A DNA stretch of 64,000 nt from contig JBFWWG010000002.1 in the NCBI GenBank assembly GCA_050246315.1, forward strand, positions 160,001-224,000. Reading direction: 5' to 3'. Below, one piece after another: positions 52,055 through 61,403 of the stretch (position 1 is its first letter; each line of letters opens with the position of its first letter). Source of the DNA: Nitrospiraceae bacterium (lineage in GTDB: Bacteria; Nitrospirota; Nitrospiria; Nitrospirales; Nitrospiraceae). Position numbers and translations under genes: made by a program. Below the pieces are notes generated by a model. It saw only the letters and a program-made list of their open reading frames with translations. It did no database searches and had not been told where the DNA came from.

Positions 52055-53302
52055 TCATTCCGTACGGGACGCCCCGGTCCCCATTCCCTCATAGCGAGTC
52101 AAATTTTCCCGCAGGTGCCAGAGCAATAGGAGTCCGGGCAAAGAGGCAATGAAGGTGACGACGAAATAGGGAGCCCAGCCGATCGTCTCGACCAGGTGCG
52201 CAGAAGGACGTCCCAGCAGGACCCGCCCCAGCGCCTCAACCGACGATAGCAAGGCGAACTGGGTCGCCGTGTATTTGTGGTGGCAGAGTGCCATCACTAA
52301 CGCCACGAAGGCCGAGGTACCCATGCCGCCGGAGAGATTTTCGCAAGCGATCGCGAAGACCAGCAGCGGGTAGCTCTTTCCTCCCCAGGCCAACAGAACA
52401 AACGCCAGGTTCGAGACAGCCTGAAGCAGACCGAAGGCAAGCAGGGCTCGCACAAGCCCCAAGCGTGTCATGGCAAGGCCGCCGATCAGGGCACCCGCCA
52501 ATGTCAGCCCCAAACCCAGCCCCTTCATGATGCCGACATCGGTGGCGGTGAATCCAACGCCCTTGATGAGAAACGCCGTGAGTAATGTCCCGGCAAAGGC
52601 ATCGCCCAGCTTGTAAAGCGCGACCAGACCCAGGAGAGTCCCTGCCCCCGCCCGTGAGAAAAATTCATCCAAAGGTCCGAGCACGGCCTCCCGCAACGAT
52701 GAGGGAGCCTGTTGAGCCGAGTTCGGTTCCTCGGCTATCCCGATGGCCCAGAGTCCGACCAGCATGACAAACGCCATCGTCGCGTAGGTCGCAGACCATC
52801 CGATCCGATCGGCCATCACCAGTGCGAGCGATCCCGCGACCAGCAATGCTAGTCGGTAACCGTTGACCCAAACGGCCGCGCCGAGCCCCCGTTCGAGCGG
52901 CCGAAGTGTTTCGGTGCGATAGGCATCGAAGACAATGTCTTGGGAGGCAGAGATGAACGCGACCGACAGAGCCACGATGCCCAGCAACCAAGGCCATTGA
53001 GAAGGATCGATCAGCGCCATGGTCAGGACGCCGGCCATCAAGGAAGCCTGCGTCAGCACCATCCATCCCCTCCGTCGTCCCATCCAGGGTGGGACATAGC
53101 GGTCCATCAATGGGGCCCAAAGAAATTTCAGCGTATAGGGCAGCCCGACCAGGGTAAACACGCCTATGGTGCGGAGATCGACTCCCGCGACGGTCAACCA
53201 AGCCTGAAGGGTCCCGGAGGTCAGAGCGAGCGGGAGCCCTGAGGCAAACCCCAACGGGAGCATCAGCCCTATACGACGATTCGCCAGTTCGCTGATTCGC
53301 AT
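52055..53302 (-). CDS. ampG: AmpG-family muropeptide MFS permease
   Basis: GFASGLP, KFLWAPLMD, GRRRGW, SASQDI, ATQFALL. Confidence 0.93.
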   Translation of the reverse strand: MRISELANRRIGLMLPLGFASGLPLALTSGTLQAWLTVAGVDLRTIGVFTLVGLPYTLKFLWAPLMDRYVPPWMGRRRGWMVLTQASLMAGVLTMALIDPSQWPWLLGIVALSVAFISASQDIVFDAYRTETLRPLERGLGAAVWVNGYRLALLVAGSLALVMADRIGWSATYATMAFVMLVGLWAIGIAEEPNSAQQAPSSLREAVLGPLDEFFSRAGAGTLLGLVALYKLGDAFAGTLLTAFLIKGVGFTATDVGIMKGLGLGLTLAGALIGGLAMTRLGLVRALLAFGLLQAVSNLAFVLLAWGGKSYPLLVFAIACENLSGGMGTSAFVALVMALCHHKYTATQFALLSSVEALGRVLLGRPSAHLVETIGWAPYFVVTFIASLPGLLLLWHLRENLTRYEGMGTGASRTE

Positions 53303-53447
53303 GAAACCTGGATAGTCAGAGCACGCAGGCGAAGCGGAGGCAGGATAACATTCTCGGCCGAGAGCATGTACAAATTACAGGAAACGGGAGGCATGCCGGA
53401 AGGTTCTCGGCACGACGCTCGAAAACGGCCGGTGAACGTGGATGGGA

Positions 53448-53849
53448 TTAACAGGCTTGGCCGTTGAATACGCAGGGTTTGTAACGACTGCGATCAAACT
53501 CGACGCCTTCCTGATACACAAGCTCGTTGCCGTTGACCCCGTCTTGTTCAGGGTCATTCCACATGGTGTGGTTCCACCAATAGAACAGCGGGAAGGACTC
53601 GGTATTGTACACGGGGTTACCATAGTTGCTGCGGCTATAGTCCTTCACCATCCGGCCGGTAATGTAGTCCACCTCCCCGTCGCCCTTGAGGGAGTAGAGG
53701 ATGAGAAAGAGTCTCGCCTCGTGGTCATAGAGTTCATCGACCCGGGAACTCAATTCTGGTTCAGGCGGCAGGCTGCCGCTCGCCCATCCGAGTTGGTGCG
53801 GACCGGCGAGGGCCGCAGTCGCGACGATCAACCAACACCAGACTCTCAT
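53448..53849 (-). CDS. Exported hypothetical protein
   Basis: GGAGGAG RBS, signal peptide, C-terminal Cys pair. Confidence 0.7.
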   Translation of the reverse strand: MRVWCWLIVATAALAGPHQLGWASGSLPPEPELSSRVDELYDHEARLFLILYSLKGDGEVDYITGRMVKDYSRSNYGNPVYNTESFPLFYWWNHTMWNDPEQDGVNGNELVYQEGVEFDRSRYKPCVFNGQAC

Positions 53850-54035
53850 GAGAATCGCTCCTCCAAGTGTCGGGCGGACCGGCCAAATCAGCCACATCGT
53901 ATCATGGGTCCTCAACCTGTTCAACGCAACCGGGGAACTACCCGAGTCGATCGGGATCCAGGATCGAAATTGACACGCTCTACTCCATGCCCCGGCTTGT
54001 AGACCGTGGAGTGCTTCCTTATAATCCCTCCTCCC

Positions 54036-55424
54036 ATGAACGGACGCGATCGGATGAAACGCGCGACCCTGCATACCCTGGGTTGCCGGTTGAACCAGGC
54101 CGAAACTGCGCACCTGGCTGGCCGTCTCAAGACCAAAGGCTACAGGCTTGTCGAATTCGGAGAACCGACGGACCTGCTTGTGCTGAACACCTGCTCCGTT
54201 ACGCAGGACGCGGAACGGGATTCTCGCCGCGCAGTCCGGAGCACCTTGCGCCATTCACCCAAGGCCTTTGTCGCCGTGACCGGTTGCTATGCCCAAACCG
54301 GCGTGGAGGCGCTCCAGGGGATGGATGGAATCGACATGATCGTCGGTTCTCAGTTCAAGATGACCTTGCCCGATCTCCTCCCATCCCCCGAGGCGCTTTC
54401 GAAGCCGCCGTCACCTCACATTCTCCATAGCAAACGGATCGCACGGGAGGAATTCGTTCTGGACGGAACGGTCGAGTTCGAGGGGACGAGGGCGACCCTC
54501 AAGATCCAGGATGGCTGTGATGTGATGTGCTCCTTCTGTATCATTCCCCTCGCGAGGGGGCGCTCGCGCAGCCGGGCGCTCAGCGACGTGCTGCGCGAGG
54601 GTGGCGAGTTGGTCGCCAAGGGTTACAAGGAATTGGTGCTGTCCGGTGTGAACATCGGAGAATATGAATCCGGTGGGGCCGGACTGGTGGATCTCATCAA
54701 ATTGTTGGAACTCCTACCCGGTATCGAACGGATCAGAATTTCCTCGATCGAGCCGACGACCGTGACGGCCGCACTGCTCGACCACATGGCCCGATCAAAT
54801 CGACTTTGCCGACACCTGCATATTCCTCTGCAAAGCGGCAGCGATACGCTGCTCACAGCCATGAACCGGCCCTACACTGTTACGGATTTCACCGGGCTCA
54901 TCGAGCTGGCGGACAGGTTGATTCCAGATGTCTGTATCGGCACCGACCTGCTGGTGGGCTTTCCAGGTGAACAGCCCGAACAGCATGAGGCGACGATCTC
55001 GTTGGTTTCGGCGCTTCCGATCGCCTATTTTCATGTCTTTCCCTATTCGGCCCGACCCAGTACGCCGGCCGCCAAGATGGCTGCGCAGGTTCGAAGCGCA
55101 ACCATCACTGAGCGCACCGGCCGCCTGACCGAGCTCTCCCGCGCCAAACGGGTGGCCTACTATCAGCGATTCCTCGGGCATCGCCTCCCCGTCCTCTTCG
55201 AGCGGCCTGGCAGGAAGGGCCGGCGCATCGGCTTCACGGACAATTACCTCCGCGTACAGGTTTCCGGCGACGAGGATCTCACAAATGTCGTTCGAGCGGT
55301 CGAAATCACGGCCGTGCAAGATGGACTCGCATTGGGACACCTGGTATCTTCGCGTCCGGACGCAAGGACGCCGTTGCCTCTTCTCGCTGAACCCAATATA
55401 GACGGAACCATCTGCACCCAATGA
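54036..55424 (+). CDS. mtaB: tRNA methylthiotransferase MtaB
   Basis: TLGCRLNQAE, NTCSVT, KIQDGCDVMCSFC, RIRISSIEP, HVFPYSAR. Confidence 0.92.
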   Translation: MNGRDRMKRATLHTLGCRLNQAETAHLAGRLKTKGYRLVEFGEPTDLLVLNTCSVTQDAERDSRRAVRSTLRHSPKAFVAVTGCYAQTGVEALQGMDGIDMIVGSQFKMTLPDLLPSPEALSKPPSPHILHSKRIAREEFVLDGTVEFEGTRATLKIQDGCDVMCSFCIIPLARGRSRSRALSDVLREGGELVAKGYKELVLSGVNIGEYESGGAGLVDLIKLLELLPGIERIRISSIEPTTVTAALLDHMARSNRLCRHLHIPLQSGSDTLLTAMNRPYTVTDFTGLIELADRLIPDVCIGTDLLVGFPGEQPEQHEATISLVSALPIAYFHVFPYSARPSTPAAKMAAQVRSATITERTGRLTELSRAKRVAYYQRFLGHRLPVLFERPGRKGRRIGFTDNYLRVQVSGDEDLTNVVRAVEITAVQDGLALGHLVSSRPDARTPLPLLAEPNIDGTICTQ

Positions 55425-56770
55425 ACCATCCGCGTGTTCATATCGAAACGTTCGGCTGTCAGATGAACGAGTATGACTCGGAACTGGTCCGCTCGTTGCT
55501 CAAGCAAGAGGGGTTTGTGCTCACGGATGTGCAGGAAGCGGCCGACGTCGTCCTGATGAACACCTGTGCAATCCGGGAACACGCTCACACCAGGGTTTAC
55601 GGCCATCTCGCCGAGCTGAAGGCGATCAAGCGACAACGCCCGTTGGTGGTCGGCATCCTCGGGTGCATGGCGCAAAATCTGAAAAAGGACCTCACGGACG
55701 CCCAGCCGATTGTAGATCTTCTCGTCGGGCCGGACGGCTACCGCCAGCTTCCGGGAATGCTCAGGAAAGCCTGGCAGGGGTTGGAGGAGGGCGACACCGG
55801 TCGGCAAATGGCGGTCGACCTCTCGGAGTATGAGACCTACGAAGGCATCCTCCCTGACCGAACTCCGGGGGTCAACGCCTGGATCGCGGTCATGCGTGGG
55901 TGCGACAATTTCTGCACGTTTTGCGTCGTCCCTTACACCCGCGGACGCGAACGCTCACGCGACCCGGAGAGCATCCTGCACGAAACCCGCCTGCTGGCCG
56001 ACCAAGGACATAGGCAGGTGACCCTCCTTGGGCAGAATGTGAACTCCTACCGCTCCGACGGGTGGGATTTCGCGCGCCTGATCATTGCGGTCGCCGATGT
56101 TCCTGGAATCGAGCGGGTCCGGTTCACCTCTCCCCATCCGAAGGACTTTCCGCAGTCGTTGCTCGACGCCATCGCACAGCATCCTCGCATCTGCAAACAC
56201 ATTCACCTCCCGTTGCAGGCGGGGAACGACCGGATTCTTGCTCTGATGGATCGAACCTACACGAGGCGGGAATATCTCGATCTGGTCAAGCGCATCAGGA
56301 GGGCTCACCCGAGGATTGCCCTCACGACCGATCTCATTTGCGGGTTTTGCAGCGAATCGGATGGGGAGTTTGAGGACACCCTTTCGGCGGTTGAGGCGGT
56401 GCGCTTTCACTCCGCGTTCGTTTTCAAATACTCGGAGCGCAAAAACACCATTGCGGCAAGGAAGCATCCGGACGATGTCCCGGAATCGGTCAAGGGCGAC
56501 CGGGTCGGCCGGCTCGTCGAGGCACAGCGGCGTATCTCGCTGGCCCTCGCTCGTTCGCGCATCGGGCAAACCGTCTCCGTCCTGGTCGAGGGGACCGCAA
56601 GAAAATCGGCCGCTCAATGGATGGGCAAGACGGACGATAATCTGACGGTGGTATGGGATAAGACCAAGGCAACGAACACAATACCCGGACAATTCCGCCA
56701 AATCTTCATCGAGGGGGCGACAGCCGCCACCCTCTTGGGCTGCGAGGCCCCCACAGTGTCTGCCGACTAA
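55421..56770 (+). CDS. miaB: tRNA methylthiotransferase MiaB
   Basis: TFGCQMNEYDSE, GCDNFCTFCVVPYTRGRERSR, RFTSPHP. Confidence 0.95.
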   Translation: MNHPRVHIETFGCQMNEYDSELVRSLLKQEGFVLTDVQEAADVVLMNTCAIREHAHTRVYGHLAELKAIKRQRPLVVGILGCMAQNLKKDLTDAQPIVDLLVGPDGYRQLPGMLRKAWQGLEEGDTGRQMAVDLSEYETYEGILPDRTPGVNAWIAVMRGCDNFCTFCVVPYTRGRERSRDPESILHETRLLADQGHRQVTLLGQNVNSYRSDGWDFARLIIAVADVPGIERVRFTSPHPKDFPQSLLDAIAQHPRICKHIHLPLQAGNDRILALMDRTYTRREYLDLVKRIRRAHPRIALTTDLICGFCSESDGEFEDTLSAVEAVRFHSAFVFKYSERKNTIAARKHPDDVPESVKGDRVGRLVEAQRRISLALARSRIGQTVSVLVEGTARKSAAQWMGKTDDNLTVVWDKTKATNTIPGQFRQIFIEGATAATLLGCEAPTVSAD

Positions 56771-57124
56771 CGGCCAGACCCTCTCCTTTATCCCGAACCG
56801 AAACCATTCACTGCGACTGTTCTCCACTCATCGACCGTGTACAATTTTCGACCTCGCTGCACGTTTCTGCGTACGTCTCCTTCATGGAGGCTGTCCGATC
56901 TCCATGCGGCGCCTGGCGGATGTCGGCTGGCGGCGTCGCCAGCTCATCAACAACGGGATCTCAGGCATCGTCAGTAGGGGTCAAGAATACTATCGGCATA
57001 TCAATGTGTTAGTAGCTTGTGTGATTGAAGGCAGACGTGTGGTCATCTGGAAACACTTACTCACCGGAGACCGGAAGCCTGCTCCTGAATCAATTCATCA
57101 CCGCAAGTTCAACCTCTCCAATCC

Positions 57125-57140
57125 AGGCATATCGATTGCT
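57125..57140 (+). promoter_or_regulatory. Putative sigma54 promoter
   Basis: AGGCAT-ATCGA-TTGCT. Confidence 0.55.
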
Positions 57141-57201
57141 TTACTAAGGTGATCCGAAGGCCGACACCGTCAACTTCATTACCAAGGATTAAGCAGCACA
57201 C

Positions 57202-57285
57202 ATGAGTCTTGAAGCAGTCATTTCGATCGGACTGGTAGGATGGATGGCTTTGGGCTTTGTCCTCATGGGCTTGGGCATCTGGTAA
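57202..57285 (+). CDS. 27-aa hydrophobic microprotein
   Basis: MSLEAVISIGLVGWMALGFVLMGLGIW*, one TM helix, AAGGA upstream. Confidence 0.5.
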   Translation: MSLEAVISIGLVGWMALGFVLMGLGIW

Positions 57286-57366
57286 TCTCCCGATTCCAAC
57301 CGCCCTTCTTCGCTCCCTGGAAACCCGTCATAACCGCTAATCCCTTCTCGACACCTGAGGTGTCCC

Positions 57367-58365
57367 ATGCGGAACGCAAGGTCGAATCGCACCCATCCTG
57401 GAACTTGTCGAGCATCCCTCTGGATAACCCTGAGCCTGCTTATCATTCTCTCGGCGGGTGGCTGCTCGAGCCTGTTGCAGGAGAGTCGTAATGTCCAGAT
57501 AGGAAACCAGGGAACAGTCGAGATTGAGGAGATCGTGGACTGGTCCTTCGAGGCCAGTCATCCCATCGTCATCGATCGGGACACGATCATCCGAATCCTT
57601 CGTGGTATCCATGTTGGGAACGGACAGGGCTCGGAGGCGTTCACCGATCGGGAAGTCGAAATTCTTTCCCCCTCGATTTCAACCGCGTTGGCAAAAGCAC
57701 GCCCGGAGCAGATCGTCGTGTTTCAGGTTATTTCCAGACTCGACAACGCGCCGGAGGCAACAGGCGGAACGATCTATGTGAAGGGTCAATCGGTTTATCT
57801 CACGTTGACCCAGTTCCGATCCAAGCCGATCCACACCGGCTTTTGGTCCTGGGCTACGTCCAAACCTGTTCCTCCTCAAGAACTAATCACCGGGGCTCTA
57901 ACCTTCCGTCCTGAGTCCACGGTCCGGATGCAGCGCGCCGCCCCTGAGGTCGCCATGAATTACGCCAACCTCTCCACGTTAGTGATTGACTATCTTGTCC
58001 TGGCCCGACTCCCAGACCATGAACTCATGCCCGCAGCGGCAGAGCCGCAGACCATCACGACAACGGGGGCCGCCCCAGACGACCAGCCGCCGGTTCAGTT
58101 CTACCCAGGCTCACCGCTGCTCGTACCGGCCCTGCCCACGGTTCAGAGTCAGGAGCGAAGCACACAGGCAGCGCAAGACCGACCGGCTTTTGTGCCCGCC
58201 GTCTCGACTCCTCCGAGCGAGTCTGCGGCATCCACAACTCAGGCCGGCGCTCAACCTGCTCACAAGGATCAGGCGAGGCACAGCAAGGTCGTCAAGAGCA
58301 AGAAACCTCCGAAACCCTCTTCCAAGGCCAGTGTCAAGAAAGTCCCGCAGACAGACACGCGCTAG
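57367..58365 (+). CDS. Hypothetical lipoprotein with low-complexity tail
   Basis: GAGG RBS, lipobox-like AGGC, P/A/K-rich C-terminus. Confidence 0.8.
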   Translation: MRNARSNRTHPGTCRASLWITLSLLIILSAGGCSSLLQESRNVQIGNQGTVEIEEIVDWSFEASHPIVIDRDTIIRILRGIHVGNGQGSEAFTDREVEILSPSISTALAKARPEQIVVFQVISRLDNAPEATGGTIYVKGQSVYLTLTQFRSKPIHTGFWSWATSKPVPPQELITGALTFRPESTVRMQRAAPEVAMNYANLSTLVIDYLVLARLPDHELMPAAAEPQTITTTGAAPDDQPPVQFYPGSPLLVPALPTVQSQERSTQAAQDRPAFVPAVSTPPSESAASTTQAGAQPAHKDQARHSKVVKSKKPPKPSSKASVKKVPQTDTR

Positions 58366-58646
58366 CCCACATTATTATTCATGACGGTTCGTCGCGAAAT
58401 TGTGGACTCGCTATGCCAGACGGGCACGCAAAGCCATGAGGAAGGGAGGCGGACTTGAAACAGTCTGTTGACTGACTGAACGGCGAGCCCGCCCGCCATA
58501 CCAAGCTTCGCTTGGGCCGGCGGCTCATCGGGCGCAGCCCGTCTTCATTGATGCCGCCGGAGAAACACCTTCAGCGATTCTTCCCCTTCTTTTCCATATC
58601 AAGCTTTGCTTGAACCGCCGCGTTCGATCACATCAATGCGGGCTAG
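58362..58646. repeat. MITE-like intergenic element (repeat family copy C)
   Basis: Terminal IR CTAGCCCACATT / AATGCGGGCTAG; internal hairpins; core shared with copies A and B. Confidence 0.75.
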
Positions 58647-58653
58647 AAGGCCG

Positions 58654-59358
58654 TTACGGAGTATGGCAGAGGTCGCTGTGCAGCAGAACCACCTCGCGTG
58701 AAAGCGGGGTTCGAAAGGTCATCCGGGAGTAGCAGGCATAGGTCACGTAGACATCCTGGAGACAATAGAGCGCCACCTCCTTCTCCTCTCCGCGTTCCCA
58801 CATGGCCAGCACCTGTCCTCCGCTGCCCGATTTATTGTCCACCTGCAGTGCACGAGCTAGGACATCCAACTTGATCCAGCCTCTCGTCTCCCAGTTGCTC
58901 CAGACCGCCATCGTGTCGTAGACGGGGTCGGTCCTGAAGCGTGCCAAGCTTATCTCGACCGGCGGCTTCACATGATGAATGATGGAACGTTTTTTGATGA
59001 AGGGCAGGTCGAAACCCAGCCCGTTGTGGGTAACATACAGGGAGGGCCGTTCCTTCCCAATCCGCTGCCAGAACTGCTGGAGTAGCTTCCGTTCATCGTT
59101 GCCGTACCAGGCCACCGCACCCCTCGGCTCCATGTCGTCGCTGAACAGCACCAAGCCGATGCAGACGATACGGCTGAATGTCCCGTCGAAACTGGATCGC
59201 TCGTAGAGTTCATCCTCGGTTTTTCGCTGAGCATCGGCTTCCGCCAACGCGAAGAGGTCGTCCGCCTGAAGGTCGGCACCGTGCAACACCCGCCCGGTTA
59301 ATCTGGCCCACTCCTCGCGGGGAGCGGGAATCGTCTCTATATCGAGCACCACCTTCAT
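58654..59358 (-). CDS. Stand-alone PolB-like DEDD 3'-5' exonuclease
   Basis: LDIET, HNGLGFD, YCLQD motifs. Confidence 0.88.
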   Translation of the reverse strand: MKVVLDIETIPAPREEWARLTGRVLHGADLQADDLFALAEADAQRKTEDELYERSSFDGTFSRIVCIGLVLFSDDMEPRGAVAWYGNDERKLLQQFWQRIGKERPSLYVTHNGLGFDLPFIKKRSIIHHVKPPVEISLARFRTDPVYDTMAVWSNWETRGWIKLDVLARALQVDNKSGSGGQVLAMWERGEEKEVALYCLQDVYVTYACYSRMTFRTPLSREVVLLHSDLCHTP

Positions 59359-59443
59359 CGTGTACCCTTCTCAGAAATCGACCATTTCGGAGAGCGACCC
59401 TTCTCGGTCGGTAGATTCCATCCCTCCATAGGAGTGCCTCCGA

Positions 59444-59857
59444 TTACGGGAGTTGAGAGGGCTCCGCCTGGAGTCGCTCAATCAACTCAGCATCGGCCGG
59501 CGGAAAGGCAAAGTCGGAAAGTTCTCCGGGCGTGACCCAGCGAAGCTCCGAGCAACCCAACGGTCGTGCCTCTCCCGCTTCGATACGGCAACGGAAAAAA
59601 TGCAACTCGACCCGACGCTCTGGATAGTCATGATTCACCACGCAGAGAGGAATGGGGAGGCTGATTCGCACCGCCAGTTCCTCCCACAATTCCCGTTTCA
59701 GGCAATCAACTGGATCCTCGCCTGAGTCACATTTGCCGCCGGGGAACTCCCAGAGGCCTCCCAGATGTGCGTCAGCTTTCCGTTTGGCGATGAGATAGCG
59801 CCCGCCTTGGCCGATGACCCCCGCCGCAACCCTGGTCACAGGCAGCGGGCCGCTCAT
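59444..59857 (-). CDS. mutT: MutT-like Nudix hydrolase
   Basis: GLWEFPGGK...RELWEE, FPPAD. Confidence 0.85.
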   Translation of the reverse strand: MSGPLPVTRVAAGVIGQGGRYLIAKRKADAHLGGLWEFPGGKCDSGEDPVDCLKRELWEELAVRISLPIPLCVVNHDYPERRVELHFFRCRIEAGEARPLGCSELRWVTPGELSDFAFPPADAELIERLQAEPSQLP

Positions 59858-60600
59858 GCAGGACGACCGTCGCAAGGATAGCTCTTGCAGAAACGCTTCA
59901 TGGGACACAAGAGACAGTAAGGATCCCTGGCAGTGCAGACCAGCGCCCCAAAATCCATCACCGCTTGGTTGAAGTCATACCCTTTGCCTCTCGGAATCAG
60001 CGCTTCGGACAGCGCCCAGAGCAGAGCTTTGTTCGACTTGGGATTTCCCTGCCCGAGAAAGACCCGCTGCAACACCCGCATGACATTGGTATCCAGGATC
60101 GGCGCATCCTGATTGAAGGCAAACGAACGGATGGCACCGGCCGTATACCGACCGATTCCCTTGAAGGACAATAACTCATCGGCCTCACTCGGCAGTCGGC
60201 CTCCGTACCGCGACACCGTTTCACGGGCGATACTGTGCAGACGATAGGGCCTCACGTTATATCCAAGGGGGTACCAAGTCGCGCGTACCTCCTCCGGACG
60301 CGCCGTTGCCAGTGCGTCGAATGTCGGGAATCGCTCGAGAAACTCATGGTACTTAGGGATCACGCGATCGACCTGCGTCTGCTGGAGCATGACTTCCGAT
60401 ACCAAAATCTTGTAAGGATCGGAGGTGCGCCGCCAGGGCAAATCACGGCCGAACTCTCGATACCATTTCAACAGAGCCCGTGCGAAACGCCGCCTTTCAA
60501 GCGCGCTGACGGCGGCCGACTCACTGCGACGACCGCGGACGGAATGCCGAGAGGAGGATCCGTCGCGTGGACGGGACCGGGCTGAACTTTTCTTGGCCAT
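59854..60600 (-). CDS. mutY: Short A/G-specific adenine glycosylase (no C-terminal domain)
   Basis: LPWR, VSEVMLQQT, GIGRYTA HhH, LDTNV, Fe-S cluster Cys motif. Confidence 0.92.
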   Translation of the reverse strand: MAKKSSARSRPRDGSSSRHSVRGRRSESAAVSALERRRFARALLKWYREFGRDLPWRRTSDPYKILVSEVMLQQTQVDRVIPKYHEFLERFPTFDALATARPEEVRATWYPLGYNVRPYRLHSIARETVSRYGGRLPSEADELLSFKGIGRYTAGAIRSFAFNQDAPILDTNVMRVLQRVFLGQGNPKSNKALLWALSEALIPRGKGYDFNQAVMDFGALVCTARDPYCLLCPMKRFCKSYPCDGRPA

Positions 60601-60833
60601 AATGAAAGACTTAAGCGGAATGAGGCTGGATTGTAGGAATCTTCCGATCGAAAGTAAACCTGTGTCCGCTCAGACAGTGAACACAAACCGATATTGCAAT
60701 TCCCAGGGAGTCCTCCCTATTCTGAGGTAAGATGAAAGCAGAGAATCGCAAAGTCCATCGACGCATCCAATGGACGCGCAACACGACGGAGAGCGCATTG
60801 TTTGGCCCGATCCTTGAGGCCAAGAGCGCTGTT

Positions 60834-61370
60834 CTACCGTGATGGTCCAAGGCTGGCGACATAGAGCGGATAGATGCCGGTCTTGGCATCCGACACATAA
60901 CGCGCCAGCACATCACGAATCACCGGAAAGGCCAAGGAGTCCCAGGGAATCCGATCATGTACGAACAGGTCCACCTCCAGGCTTTCGGGGCCGGCGCGAA
61001 ACTCCGGCACCGCCAGTTTCCCCCGAAATACCATATAGACCTGGCCGATGTGGGGCATGCTCACCACCGCATACAACTGGCACGCCTGCACGGTCGCCTG
61101 TGCCTCCTCCAGCGTTTCCCGACAGGCCGCTTCCTCCGTGCCCTCCCCGAGTTCCATGAATCCGGCGGGGAACGTCCAGAATCCCACTCGTGGATCGATG
61201 GCTCGCCGGCACAGCAGCACACGGTCTTCCCATTCCACGATGCAGCCGGCGACGATTTTCGGGTTTTCGTAGAGGATCGTATCGCACAGATCGCACACCA
61301 GTCTTTGCAAGTGATCGCCGGGCGGGACTTTCCTGCCGAGGGGCGCCGCGCACTGGGGGCAGAACTTCAT
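60834..61370 (-). CDS. Zn-ribbon Nudix hydrolase
   Basis: FCPQC...CDLC...YENPK, GFMELGE...RETLEEA. Confidence 0.9.
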   Translation of the reverse strand: MKFCPQCAAPLGRKVPPGDHLQRLVCDLCDTILYENPKIVAGCIVEWEDRVLLCRRAIDPRVGFWTFPAGFMELGEGTEEAACRETLEEAQATVQACQLYAVVSMPHIGQVYMVFRGKLAVPEFRAGPESLEVDLFVHDRIPWDSLAFPVIRDVLARYVSDAKTGIYPLYVASLGPSR

Positions 61371-61403
61371 GGGTGCCGGTAACATCGCACGAGTTGTTGC
61401 TCC

